DNA of 55,274 nt, filler included, from Sphacelaria rigidula (Eukaryota): assembly GCA_964200075.2 (NCBI GenBank). It is 5 parts of 5 records of this genome, joined end to end, with 100 filler letters (N's around TTAATTAATTAA, not from the genome) between each part and the next. Parts side by side here need not be neighbours in the genome. Positions count along the whole stretch, not along the records: positions 33,227 to 44,200 come from CAXNAA020005598.1; positions 44,301 to 55,274 come from CAXNAA020005599.1; 3 more parts are not named here. The stretch is one strand, 5' to 3'. Shown in pieces: positions 34,147 through 46,130 of the stretch (its first letter is position 1; every line of letters starts with the position of its first letter). A program made the position numbers and the translations under genes. Below the pieces are notes generated by a model that made no database searches, was not told the origin of the DNA, and saw only the letters and a list, made by a program, of their open reading frames with translations.

Positions 34147-37100
34147 CACGCAGCACGCTACGACTCCGAGCGGCTCCCGGAGGTCTCGGCACTCAATGCC
34201 TCGACTCACTTGCAAAATTTTGCCCTGTATGAAGCAAAAGAAGTGGTTGGAGATGCACAGCACGATGAAAGAAGCAGAGAAAGTGAAACGTGATAATGCG
34301 AACACGATTTTCTTCAATGTTTTGAGGCGAGACGGACGCACTTGACGAACGTCTCGGCTCTGGTTCGTATGCCAATAATGAATCATTACTACGCACAGAA
34401 GCACCTATAAGGTGGAACAAGTTGCACAGTAAAGTAACCGTTTGGGTATTGGGATATCTTTGCCCAGGCAAACCTCCATTAGCACAAACCCACGGTGTCT
34501 TGTAGAATTCGCTTGTAAGGTGTTTGCCTTGGTATCTTCCAAATCATCAAACCCGGCTGTACATACATATTTCAAGGGAACAAATCACCATATGCGCATC
34601 GCATTTGATGCGGCGAAGTCGCTGGACTTATACATCTTGGTGTACATGCACATGAGCCAGCTTTTGGATAACACGTGAAACCACGGGGGGGGGAGGGGGG
34701 CGTACTCATTTGTTGCTTGCCCTAGTCGTTTGACCCTTGACCATGTATCTCGTGACCTTGTATCCCTCTCGAGACGGGCCACCGTTCCTGCCCCTGATAG
34801 AGACACCTTCAACGTATGGGCGCTCATTACGTCTCTTCCATACAGTACACAAGAGCATTTCACGCGTGTTATTTCCTTCCTGGTTCGCCGTCTGTGGCCA
34901 CCATCTATCTCCTAGTACAGCCATCGATTTCTCGCTGCTGTCTCATGTATCCAACTGTATCATACCACCTTTGTTTACTTCCTACATTTCCCTTTCTTGA
35001 ACGTCCCGTTCCTCCTTGTATATTATAATTCACAAAATACCGCTGTATGACTTCCACTCTCTGTTGCTTTGCCACAGGGGTAATTCTGTGCATCTACTGC
35101 CACCTCGACTCGACTACTGGTATAACTCTTCTTTCTGGCAGGTCCAGGGTCCCCACCCGGGGTGGGGGGGTGGGGGGGGGCAGGAATAAGAACAAATATA
35201 TGTAGAGTTCATGCAAACATTAGTGACTTTGTCAGTGCGCTTGTGCGGGACATCGCGGAAAACATGTCATATTCCAGTACAGTGCAGTGGCGGACATGGG
35301 TGTTCGCTGACTTCCAGGAATATACTCTTTCAGGACGTGAGACTTCAGCAAAGCTATCTAACGGAAACAAGGCGAGGAAACGGGTGTACGACCAAAGTAG
35401 GGATATTGCATGCCGCGGAGTAATTAACTTACTCCGATGAAATAATAATAATAAATCCGATCTCGACGTGTTCTATACACGACGCCCCGCCCGCCGGAAG
35501 ATGTCGTTTATTGGAAGATATCGGCAAGATATCTTCCAACGACACGAATTTGCAAGGCCGCCGCGGGTTACGACAAAAATAGAGTTCGGTGTTATAGCAT
35601 CATTACCATTGCACCGGGTTACACATACTCCGTATCTTCCGCCTACGACCAGTTTTTTCCTCAAAAAATAATACGCCAATGGGCTCCCCGAATTTTGGAC
35701 GCCATTGCACCTATGATGATCACTTTTGTTTGCATGCACACGCTATGATGGGAACACGCGGCGAACGACAAACTAACGCATGCTCCACATTTTGACGGTT
35801 TCGTTTGTATTCCTTCCCCACGGACGCTAGTGACTTGTAGCAACCAACAGCCAACAGCCAAACAACAGTAGTAATAGTAACAATAACAAAAGCAACAGCA
35901 GCATCAACTTCCACAAAGATAAGCAAGACACTCACATACATACCATGTTCGCGAATGCTAGTGCCGCAAAGCATCCAATTTAATGCCGTGAAGCAACCAC
36001 TCCAGCGTCTCAAGTACACTATTAATAGCAACCACTCCACTGTTGCCCGCTCCATTCATGTAATTAATATGAACTGCTTCTAGATTACCTCGTACCTGCA
36101 TTAGCTGAGGCATAGAGCAAGCCCACTCCACCGTTTCGTTTCCTTTCGCCACGGAGGCCAATGCCTCGGCCTTGTTTTTCCCGTTTTCGGCAACCACCAA
36201 GTCTGCCTGAAAAAACCCGGCGGGTTCGCAAGCAACACGGATGGCGAAATGGAGCAGGGGCGCAAGTCACGGTCTGGCCCTCCTCATAGTTGAATATGTA
36301 TACAGTATATGTTTCTAGAAAAAAGTTTTATTGGTGCCTGAACAGACTGAACAAAAGAAACGACGTGCGGCTTGTCTTCGTGATGTCAGCGGGGGGGGGG
36401 GGGGGACCGAAAAACCACGAATTTTCGGATCGTCTTTTTTGCTAGTCATGATGCATCAACCTTTGGCAAACGCCTCCATCCACGCTCTGATTTGAAAACG
36501 CACCGCCATATCCATTGGAAACACCCCCCTTGAGATTTGCCAATTCACAAAAATCTGAGCCAAAACACAAAATCATTGATCCCGACGACCAAAAGTGTTC
36601 ACTTCCACAAGTAATTTACAACGGGGGGCGTTGCAAGATTGAAACACCACAGGAAATTTCATCTCACCAAAGAGCATACTCTATAATAAATAGAACGTGT
36701 TCTCAGCGACTCCTTCGAAACGTGCAATGTAGGCTGGACTACATACCGACAGTAGAGACAATACTACATATTTACGTTGAATGTTAATGTTACACCGAAC
36801 TCAAGCAATCATCATCCGGTCCAACTTGAAATTGTCTAATATAATTGCCTTGTTTTTGCAGCGTGAAGGGGGGTGGAGGGCGAAAGTTTCAGCACAAGGA
36901 AGAACTAAATTATTCGATTTCATGAACAAAAAAAAAATTCAGGGAAAACACAAACCAAAGAAGAGTCAGCACATCCTCCGGTTGCCATCCATCATCACCA
37001 GTTCGTCGGCGTGTTTCTCCAGGAGGGCGTGGAATCGGAACATGATCGCCGCACGGCTCTTGGCCGTCAGACCCCTCCAGCTCTCGAAGGCTTTTTCGCC

Positions 37101-40100
37101 GCTCGCGATGGCCGCTTCAACCTCCGGCTTCCCCGACATGGCTACCCTGTGTCGCACCGTTGCAAAAGCCAACGATAAAAAAACATACTCAAGACCACCA
37201 TGATCCAGTGTTGCCGACAATAGTAGGGCCGTATCTTGTGCCTATTGATTTGTATGAGATACAGAACGGGTGGGAGGTGCACCATACATATTTGGGCGCT
37301 CCCTCCAAGGGCCGCACCCTACCCCCCTCCTCATTATGGTACGAATTCTAGGCCCCTTCTCATGATGAAAAAAAAAACGTATCCAGGAAAAGTGCATTTT
37401 GAAGGATTCTGGTTTATTTTTTCTCGAAAGGGGCGCCGAGTATGGCACCTCGGAATAACTTGGTCTACTGTGTTGGGAGGACTCCGGGGCATCTTCGTGA
37501 CTTCTGATCGCGGTCAAATGTTTATCGTAGCCAGACTTGCAGCAAATATTGCACGGTTCCGACGAATCAGATTCCATACGGGTTGACTTCCCATGAACGT
37601 TGAATGCGAATCATGTACCGAAGAGTCATCCAGTATGAATCACAGACGCTTAGGTTGTATGTTGAAGGTCATACCGCACGAATCACGGACTGGGAATGTG
37701 TGCACTCCAAGTAGTAGCAGACGAATCGAGAGTGTAAAATATGTACGAATCACACTTCCTGTATGAATCTTGGATGAGAAACATGTGCGTACGATTCATC
37801 CTGCATCAAGGAAGATTGGTAAACATAAACGCTTGATTCACCTCGTATGCCTCGTATGAATGCGAGGCGTAAAAAATATATGGAAATTGAGAAGGTGAAG
37901 AACGCGTGCCTACGATTTATTTTCCATGGATATAAGGGGAGATACATGTACGCTTGATTCACCTCGTATGAACGGAAGGTGGAAAACATATACATGAATC
38001 ACATGATTCATGCCGTAGGAATAATCATGGGGGGAAAACAGCTAAGAAAAACACTTGAGGCGCGCAGATGCGTGCTGTGCTATGCTGCACCGTACTGTCC
38101 GCGGAATGCAGAGTAAGCTGCCAAAGTTTTCCCGAACACTCCCGCGAGCATGCGAGGATACATCGTGCTGGTGTTGTGTTCTTCGCAAGTGCTCGTGGCG
38201 TTTTATACACTATGTTCACGTTAACAGTACCACAAAATACAATATGAACCAACAAAGGCTGTCAGTAGCATGGCTCGGGGGAAAACAATGGCTAGAAAAT
38301 CGCTTTGGGTACGCAGAAGAGTGTGTTATACCATGGTTGATGTGCCCATGATTCATACCGAGTGAGTGGAAGTTGGGAAAACATGAACCTATCATTCACA
38401 CCATATGAGTGGAAAATAGGGAACGTGTACCTTTGACGGTGTACCGCACGAACCACAAACTGGGAATGTGTACACTCAAAGTGGTGTCGTACGAGTCACG
38501 AACGCAAAAAATGTGCAGATCATACCTTGTGTACGATTCGCATTATTGATTCGTCAAAATGTTGACTATGAGTCGAACCACAGTTTTATTCTTCCGAGCC
38601 GTGAAATATCGGACAAGTCACAAAGAAACTCACATTACCGCCCTATATATGTACATGTATCATGTCACATTTCCCCCCTCTTTTGCCGAGTTTTCTCTGG
38701 CTGCAAGGCATTTTCCCCCGCGCTTTTTTTTGCAGCGCACTGTGAAGGCTCAGCGGCACATTACTGTTCAGGTTTGGGTGTCATCTGATACCTGTGGCGC
38801 GTGTTCTGGACACTCAAAGTCGCTCAAACTGGCCCTTTTTCGCGGGGCGTCGATCCCGAACCACAAAAGCCCTTTCTAGATCATGGGAAACTTGAGACAA
38901 GAACCCAAACCACAAAAAAGCCTGTTGAAAATCTTCAAACAGGATTGCTTTTGAAGGGGTATATTTTCCCCCCTTGTTGCTCTTTGCTCCGTCTCGAAAG
39001 GGATTCGTGGTCAATGGTCAAACGACTAAGGCAAGCGACACATGAGAACGCCCCCTTGCTGCTCTTTGTCGCGTTCTCGTTCATTTGGGATCACGTACAC
39101 ACCAGTTATGCCGCCAATGTCACGAGAGCATGAGAGCAAAGCAGTTGAAAACACTTGAACATGGCCTTGGCCTTGATCAGCACCAAACACAAGACCGTGC
39201 AATGGACCGTTGACGACTTGAACAAGGCACAGCAGCACGGCGGCGCAGGAATGTTTTGCCGCAAAAACAATCACCCTGTTTCAAAAAAAGGCCCGGTGAC
39301 GTGGAAGCCACAACAGTGATGTACAAGGAACACGCCGAGAATGTTCCACGAATTCCAATTTCTCGGGATTGCCTCCCGCTGTCATGTCTTTGTGGCACGA
39401 GAGCTACTTCGCACTCTGGCACCTCGGAAATACCACACATACATGTCCTACGCCGGCCGTTCCGCCATTGGCCTCCGTCCGAATTGCCATATTTCCGGAC
39501 GATATCCGATCACACGTGCTATGTTTGAACACGAGCACTATACTGTACATTGAGATACAACAGCCTCTCTTGACCACATATTTTCGACTTGAGTCTCCGC
39601 CGGGAGGCCCCGTACCGACTTCCCGTACCTTGTATGTGATGTGATATTCCCGAGGATCGTTAATGGAATTGACTTACCGTTTGCCTTACGGTCCTCTAAC
39701 GGCGGCGGACCCCTCCCCTCAGTTGGAAAGCATGTGTTGCGTTTCGCCTAGTTGCGATTCACAGCTGCATTCAATCCCGCGATACACGCTACACTATAAC
39801 CGCATCGGGTGCGCCAAAACACTCCTGTAATTGCGTTGTTGCGCGTTTCCCTACTCGCGGTCACCCGCCCCCTCGTTCCCCGCATGCTACTGCCACGCAG
39901 TCCGCAGTCTCGGCCATTGGCGTGCCCACCACAGTGATCAACCCACTCCGCCACTGCCTGCTCATGAGGGTGCAGAACCTCGAATCCAACCTAGCAGGTT
40001 TGCAAACGTCGTCGCTGGTCCTCCAGTTATCTTTCTTCTGGCCTGACTCCTTTGACACGAGTGCCAGAGGTAGCGCCAACACGCGGGCGATCTACGCGTT

Positions 40101-43100
40101 CACGGACCTCAATAAACTTCGATCGGCTGATCGCTTGCTTGCTAGCCCAGCAGCCCACGCCGAAATGGGAATGTCATCAAACCGTTCCCTGCTCTTTTTC
40201 TTTGTGCACGCAGCCCATCAACGTCGCAGGCCACTGCTTCCTGCATGGGCTTGAATGGTTAGAATGCGGTCTCGTCTTGCCCCAGGTGACGAAGTTGCTC
40301 ATCGCAAATATAGACAAGCGGATCACGAGTGAGGCCGCGCTGACCCATGTACTGGTCAAGCCGTACGCTCCAGTATTGCTCCTGTGATCCCAACGTCCCG
40401 GTCACACCGGTTGCCCTCAGATGTTCATGCCTCGTGTCGTCGTTGTCGTGGGGTAGGTCTCGCTTGCAGCTGCTCTAGGGAATGTTTTGCACGACTCGGC
40501 CCAATATGGAACTCGATGCATCCTCTGCCTTGACCATCCTCTTGCATAGCTGTCAAGTCGTTCGAACTGAGATGCGTTTTCAGACCCTACACTCACAAGG
40601 ACAAGCGGGGACGAGCTTCCGCAGAGAATGACACGCGCTGCATGCGATCCTCAAACGACTTCCGAGCTTGTCATGAGCGTAGTACGACTCTTTGGCGTCC
40701 TTGAATGATAGTTTGCTTGCTTCTTCAACCGACAGCCGTCGTGCGTGAAGTTTGCATTCTGTGCATTTTCGTCAGATCTTCCGTACCGAGGCCACAGCCT
40801 CCGATCGCCAGCAGGTGGCTGTTGGGGAAAATGTTCTGAACTTTCTTCACAGCAGTGCCTCCTCGCCTGCTGGTTATATAGACATTTGCTCCGCATAAAA
40901 GCTCAAGGAAGACGTCTTGTTCTGCGAGAAAAATAATGACGTTTCGTTTCACTCCTGTCGTCGAAGACTATCCTTTAAAACCCTCCCCCGTCGACAAATG
41001 TTTTTCGTCGAACCAGCCGCTCGCAACGTCCGTTGAATAGGTGCTTCCTTGATCCGTCACCATGAGATCCAAATGCTCCTCCGCTCTCGCTTCGTCCTCA
41101 CCCTCCACCATCTCCAACCCTCGCTTGGCCAGCTCCATTATCTTCTTGGCCTCTCTCGACTGGTGTTAGTGCATGTAGTCGGTGCTGGAGGTCTGCGGAC
41201 GCACGCGCTAGATTTGTCATGTCGACAAGCACTTCTACTTGACTTTGAGGCCTTTCACATCGTTTTTTTCATGGAGAAAATGCGGCGGGTTACTATCCCC
41301 TCATCATTTTTTCACACGCGCGATCATGTCGATACTCTCATTCGATGCAGTGTAAGTGGGTTCAGGTCCTCCGTCTACGGTAAATCCTCTTCCGACGATT
41401 GGCAACGCCCTTCTCTCACATATCCAAGTGCTTGACCGCCTTCTCACGCTTGGCTCACAGTCAGTCCTAGCCGACCGCCGTTCCACGAGATGCACGACAA
41501 ATGCAAATCGAAATACTATGCCCGATCACACCCTCTTGCCCCTCGGACGCTCGATCCCATGCCGCGGTCGAGCGATGACGGTTGGCGTGTATTGCACTTG
41601 GCGCCGATGTGCTCTCAGCATTTCCCCCGCGGCTCGGCTCATAAAATTGCATGACACCGTGGGAAGGAGGAAAATGGGAAATGAGGAAAAGGAGAGTTAC
41701 TGCGAATCGTGTATCAATATCTGACATGTTTCGTTACCCTTCGACTACTTTGTTCGTGTAATACGACATCAGAGCTGTGTTGCAGATTGTATGACGCGCT
41801 TGTTTAAATTCGCTTTAACACACTTCACTGAGTGTCACGAGTAGAGGTCTCGCAAATTCCATCGCACTAGATCACACAATGAACAGTACTCCGAACCGTA
41901 CGATACTCTGCTGTGAGCATGATTGGTAAAGGGCGGAGTTGTACATCCCCGACTCGAGACACACACTACTCTCGACTACTTGTAGAACAAAGTTCAACTT
42001 CCACGAGGACCAGGTATATACTTGAAGAAAAATGCTGAGGACCAAAAACGATGGGCTCGGCGATACATTTTACATTACCGTACATGCTACTTGTAAAACA
42101 TTTCTAAAAGCAGAGGTTTTATGATGTGTTTTCAGCCATTGATCAACAGTGCAACACTGTAGTTATACTGCCTGTACTGGTGTATCTCTTGGTGTGGATT
42201 CCGCTGTAAGGCACACACTGTTTACCCGGCTTCACTACTGGGAACACGCAGCCTACTGGCTACTTACCACGCCCGCGGATAGTAATATCAGCTCAGCGGA
42301 GTGTGTGTCCCACGTTTATCAACGATGTTCCCGACGAACCGGTTACTGTAGATGCAGGGCTCGGACACGTTTAAAAAACACCTGTTACGTTCCGCAATTC
42401 CTACAGACGATGCGTGTAGCAATATCTTTGCAACAGAACTCTTGCTAACCAGCTTGACCTTGGTACATGTGCCGCACGGATGGTCGCGCTTCACTCAGTG
42501 AAGAAACACGACCTGCGCAACGCTCTCGACAACAAGTTAAACCGCTGCCTTACCTGCTATCGTAAATCTGCGCACTCCTCTCTTGCCCCTCACAGTAAAA
42601 ACGCCCGGTTCGTCCGTTTCGCACGAACGCCCAATGCCAGCGCCAATGTCTTGTTGTAATATGTGTCATTGGTCTTCACGCTGGATCGCCCGCCATCTCG
42701 CCCACGAGAGATGATCTTCAGACTATGCAAGCCCGTGTCAGCGCCTAGGATCGCATCAGAAGCGCTCATATCCACCCTTCATATCTGGATGTGCGAAGGG
42801 TTGTGCAGCTGCGCACCGCCTGCTGCTTCATCAACTAGAGTCAACGAACTCTGCACGCTTTCTCGAGTCGAGAGCACCCACTATACAGCAACAGTGTCCG
42901 CTGACGCCATCACCACGTACAGTTTCATCTCATGCCTGCGGCAAACCTGCGGAACTCCCAGCGTTTGTCTCCTGGGGCGCACACTGTTTTCGAAATTGAA
43001 AATGACCATTTCGGTATAAATCCAGTCGCAAACGCTTCGAATTTCAGCTTCACACTTACTGTCACTACTCTCGACATTCAAGACACCGCCGCTCAAGTGG

Positions 43101-43416
43101 GGGGCACAGTGTCTACTAGCACCGAGTGGGTGTGCTCCGGGTCCTCCCTGCAACTGTTGAAAAACACTTTGGTGGAGGACTGTTGCATTTTTTCGTGGAA
43201 CAAGCTTGTAGCAATATCGTGACGACATTTTTCAAAGCGGGAATACGCGAACCCCACCTGCCCAGCATCGTTCCGTCGGAGGGAGAGACCACATCGAGAT
43301 ATTCTCCAGATAAAGGTGGAATGCTCTCGCCTCCGATGAAGTTGTCACAAACTACCACCGCCGATCCCACCGCCGAGGCGACGGCAGAGCTGCCGCTGCC
43401 ATCTGCCGTCTTGACT
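34147..43416 (-). CDS. ALDH6A1: Methylmalonate-semialdehyde dehydrogenase (ALDH6 family), partial: four N-terminal-domain exons
   Basis: Exons 43416-43258, 37146-36999, 36206-36096 and 34224-34147 have canonical sites and join in phase (2,0,0). They give CDNFIGGE...LDVVSPSDGTMLGRVAMS...AFESWRGLTAKSRAAIMFRFHALLEKHADELADLVVAENGKNKAEALASVAKGNETVEWACSMPQLMQGKILQVSRGIECRDLREPLGVVACCV, ending just before the expected PFNFP. The first exon is uncertain and the C-terminal exons lie beyond the contig. Confidence 0.9.
37552..38563. mobile_element. ~1-kb non-autonomous DNA element with the same TIR type as the 258-bp MITE and many GAATC/GATTC subterminal motifs
   Basis: Left end CACGGTTCCGACGAATC; degenerate right end GATTCGTCAAAATGTTG; internal duplications such as cgcttgattcacctcgtatg at about 37830 and 37951. 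Confidence 0.5.
38645..39230 (+). repeat. Dispersed repeat family (copies 48865-49312 and 49965-50220)
   Basis: Shared block atgtacat...catttccc-cc-cttttg-cga-ttttctctggc...ttcaggtttggg-gtcatctgatacctgtggcgcg...tttttcgcgggg-gtc-atcc--aaccaca-aagcc in two independent contigs. Confidence 0.85.
39750..42951 (-). pseudogene. Decayed multi-exon coding remnant inside the large ALDH6 intron (unidentified, possibly an intron-containing transposon gene)
   Basis: Several AG...GT-bounded, protein-like segments contain in-frame stops: about 42951-42596, 41192-41061, 40921-40598, and from 40382 (EQYWSVRLDQYMGQRGLTRDPLVYICDEQLRHLG). Confidence 0.35.
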
Positions 43417-43859
43417 CTGGGGGGGGGAAAGGCGGCAAGGGTTTTGCGCAAAGGCGAAGGGAAACAGGAGTTGAACTTACAGCACAGCCAGGATTTTGAC
43501 AAGTTCATGATATCAGGCAGTTCGTGGGTCCGCACGTGGCTCCGAATTGACATACCTCCGCGATCAGAGGGTTGACATGACATTGTCCATGAAGAGGTAC
43601 GAGCAAAAAAAACACAAAAAAACACGGGCATTTCAACAGCGCCGGGAGGAGGCGTCGTTTTGTTCTCACCGGGGATTTTTGTTCCTATTAAAAAAAAATT
43701 CAGTATGTAGGGCATGAGAGGGCACAGCACAGGCAAAAGAAATGGTACGCGAGAGAGCCCAACTCCTGCTCGGCGGTTTTTCTTCTTGACCACATGGTGA
43801 GACTGTGCTAGGCGAATGATGACAAACTTTCGAAAGAGTGTGTGTGCGTGTTGTCGTTC

Positions 43860-44200
43860 CATCTACTCTGGACGCCGGTATACACCTTTCGGTATATGTA
43901 TATGTGGGCGCACCAGCCGGGGTCACACAGAAGGAAGGTCAACACAGGAGCTTTTCCTTATTTTTGTTTGTTTTAGTACCCCACGTTCTTTCTGCGGTGC
44001 TTGCCTTTATTTTTTTATCACGGAAGGGGTTCGGCAGTCCCTTTCCCTCCTCGAAAATTGAGTCGAATTTCGTGTACCCACGACATAGTCGCTCTCCACT
44101 GTTGGGCATTGTGTGAGAAGAAATCCCAGATCGCTCCGAGATTCGAACCCACGACCCAACCGTCAGAACGTTTCGAGGTTACCAACTGAGCGACCGGGGC
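43860..44200 (-). mobile_element. tRNA-derived SINE family 2
   Basis: Minus strand GCCCCGGTCGCTCAGTTGGT (A box)...GGTTCGAATCTCGG (B box), followed by a non-tRNA body; 5'-truncated copy at 47766-48030 (+). Confidence 0.8.
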
Positions 44201-44300
44201 NNNNNNNNNNNNNNNNNNNNNNNNNNNNNNNNNNNNNNNNNNNNTTAATTAATTAANNNNNNNNNNNNNNNNNNNNNNNNNNNNNNNNNNNNNNNNNNNN
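44201..44300. other. Artificial contig-joining spacer
   Basis: Same N44-TTAATTAATTAA-N44 structure. Confidence 0.97.
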
Positions 44301-44769
44301 AACCCTGTGTTAGTGGGGGTCCGGTCCCAAAAGAGTTAACTCACGAAAAAAAAAACTTCCGGTGCTTCTTCCCGATTTTAATCATGCCCTATGCATTATC
44401 CATACCAAATTTCGGGGTCTAACTCGAAATATCTCCCGGCGCATCCGCCTGCAAACTTCCATGCAGCCTCTAGGCTGGCCCAGCTCGTAGTCCATACCAA
44501 CTTTTAGGGTCCACCTCTAAAAATTGAGGTGAGAATGGGCCTGCACACTACAAAAATGCGTCTAGGCTCTAGGCTGGCCCAGCTCGTAGTGCTGGTCTCA
44601 AATGAACATGGATGCAACAGCAAGGATCGGAGGAAGACATTTGATTGTATAGTCTACGTCGTCGGGTTCACACGTTCTTCCTCCGAACCGGAATCCGGTC
44701 GGTGCCCATCTTTGTTTCCAGGCCGCAAATTGCAGATCCCGCAACGGTCTGATGTCACCACGTGACGCC

Positions 44770-45312
44770 GTTCGAGCGTGTGTGTTGGCAAGATATTTAC
44801 ACATGTTCGGTAGATCTTTGTGAGGTCCGGCACACAAGCGCACTGTATGCATCGTTGGATCTTGCGGGTCCTCAGGCCAACTAGCAAGGAGTTACACTCT
44901 CTTGGTCGTTGGGTTTCGGTTTTTTTTCTTGGGGTGTAATTTAACCGAAAATGGTCATGGTTGTGACTGCTCGGCGTATCTTCTGCTGAGCCGGCGGTAC
45001 GGTCACCACTTCACAAAAAGGATCAATAGGTGAACAAAAAAGGATAAGATATTAATTTCAGCAGAAGGCGGGGTGTATCCTCCTGGTTTGTTGACGAAAA
45101 AGGGTACTCTCGCAGGCTCTCATGTTCGGCGCCGTAGTTCAGAGTAGTATCACTTGGAAAATGAACAAATATGGTCGGACATGCTGCTCAGACACCTCGG
45201 GCGTGGGGCTGAGGTACTGGAACGTGTTTTCGAGCTGTTCAGCCCGCGCGCCCCAGAGCAAGAAATGTGTTACCCTTTTTTGTTCCAAAAGCACCAGGGT
45301 GTACCTTTTTGT
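44770..45312 (+). mobile_element. Single insertion-free arm of the foldback Harbinger-like element
   Basis: Collinear with the arms of 15778-17496 (gatctttgtgag-tccggcacaca...gagccggcggtacggtcacca-ttcacaaaaa...aaaagcaccagggtgt), but lacks the nested SINE and MITE. Confidence 0.8.
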
Positions 45313-45910
45313 GTCTAGTATATAAAATGCACATTTTCGGCCGTATCTCATGCAAGGCGTCACCGGTTTCTCATCTGATCGCGCCAAAATTCCCGTCAGA
45401 TGACATGCTTTCAGGGGGATGACGGCCGTATCGAGAGCAAAATCCGTTCGTCCCCTCTCAAGCATGTTGTTATAGCCAGATGACCTACCCTCGCGGTCAA
45501 AGTCTCAAGCGATTACGTTCAAGCTATGGTTCGTGGCTGAAGTCCTCGCACATCGGAAGGTATCCCCATATGTGTTCGGCACCAAATCACAGTTGCTTCG
45601 GCGTATTTTTGAGATTTTTTGTCGTCCGTGACGCAAAAAATGACTGGTGGTTTACACAGTTTACTTCAACGCGACGAATTTCATTCTCCGGCGATTGGAT
45701 GCTTGAACATGGTACAGCACTCTACTACAGCTGTTTGCACTTGCGTATGTACTGTCGTACTGTACCGTTCTTCCTTCATCTCACCGTACGACCCCTGTAC
45801 TGTCCCACAGAGCACAACGACGAAGAGTTGCTCGGTGCGCTCAGATATTGATGCGTGTAAACAGTATATATTGTGCTGTTCGATGTGTCGTGTTAACAAT
45901 ACCAAACAAT

Positions 45911-46130
45911 CTAACCCTTCACCATCATATATATGCGATCTCTGTTGAATCGCCAATGGTCCAGATGGCCTACCCTGGCAATCAAAGGCTTGAACGTTTG
46001 ATCGCGACGGTAGGCCATGTAGATTATGCATACATTTTGCAGATGGAGTTGGTGCCGATTCAACAGATGGCCTACTCTCGCCGTCGAAGGGTTAACCGTT
46101 TGACTTCCAGGGCAGTACATCCTGGGTCAT
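45911..46130. mobile_element. Tandem cluster of piggyBac-like MITE copies
   Basis: Adjacent units separated by TTAA/TGAA; the middle unit 45995-46091 matches 28559-28659. Confidence 0.55.

Noticed and set aside
24516..43416. Convergent Ku80/ALDH6 pair, or a Ku80-transposon-exosome 'system'
   Set aside because: The genes lie on different size-sorted contigs, so their adjacency is artificial.
43116..43862. 248-aa ORF as a single-exon protein
   Set aside because: Only 43258-43416 has ALDH similarity and splice support; the remainder looks intronic or untranslated.
44125..44200. tRNA gene on the minus strand
   Set aside because: It has A/B boxes, but I could not fold a convincing cloverleaf and it continues into a body repeated at 47766; it is a SINE head. 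The same applies to 16320-16391.
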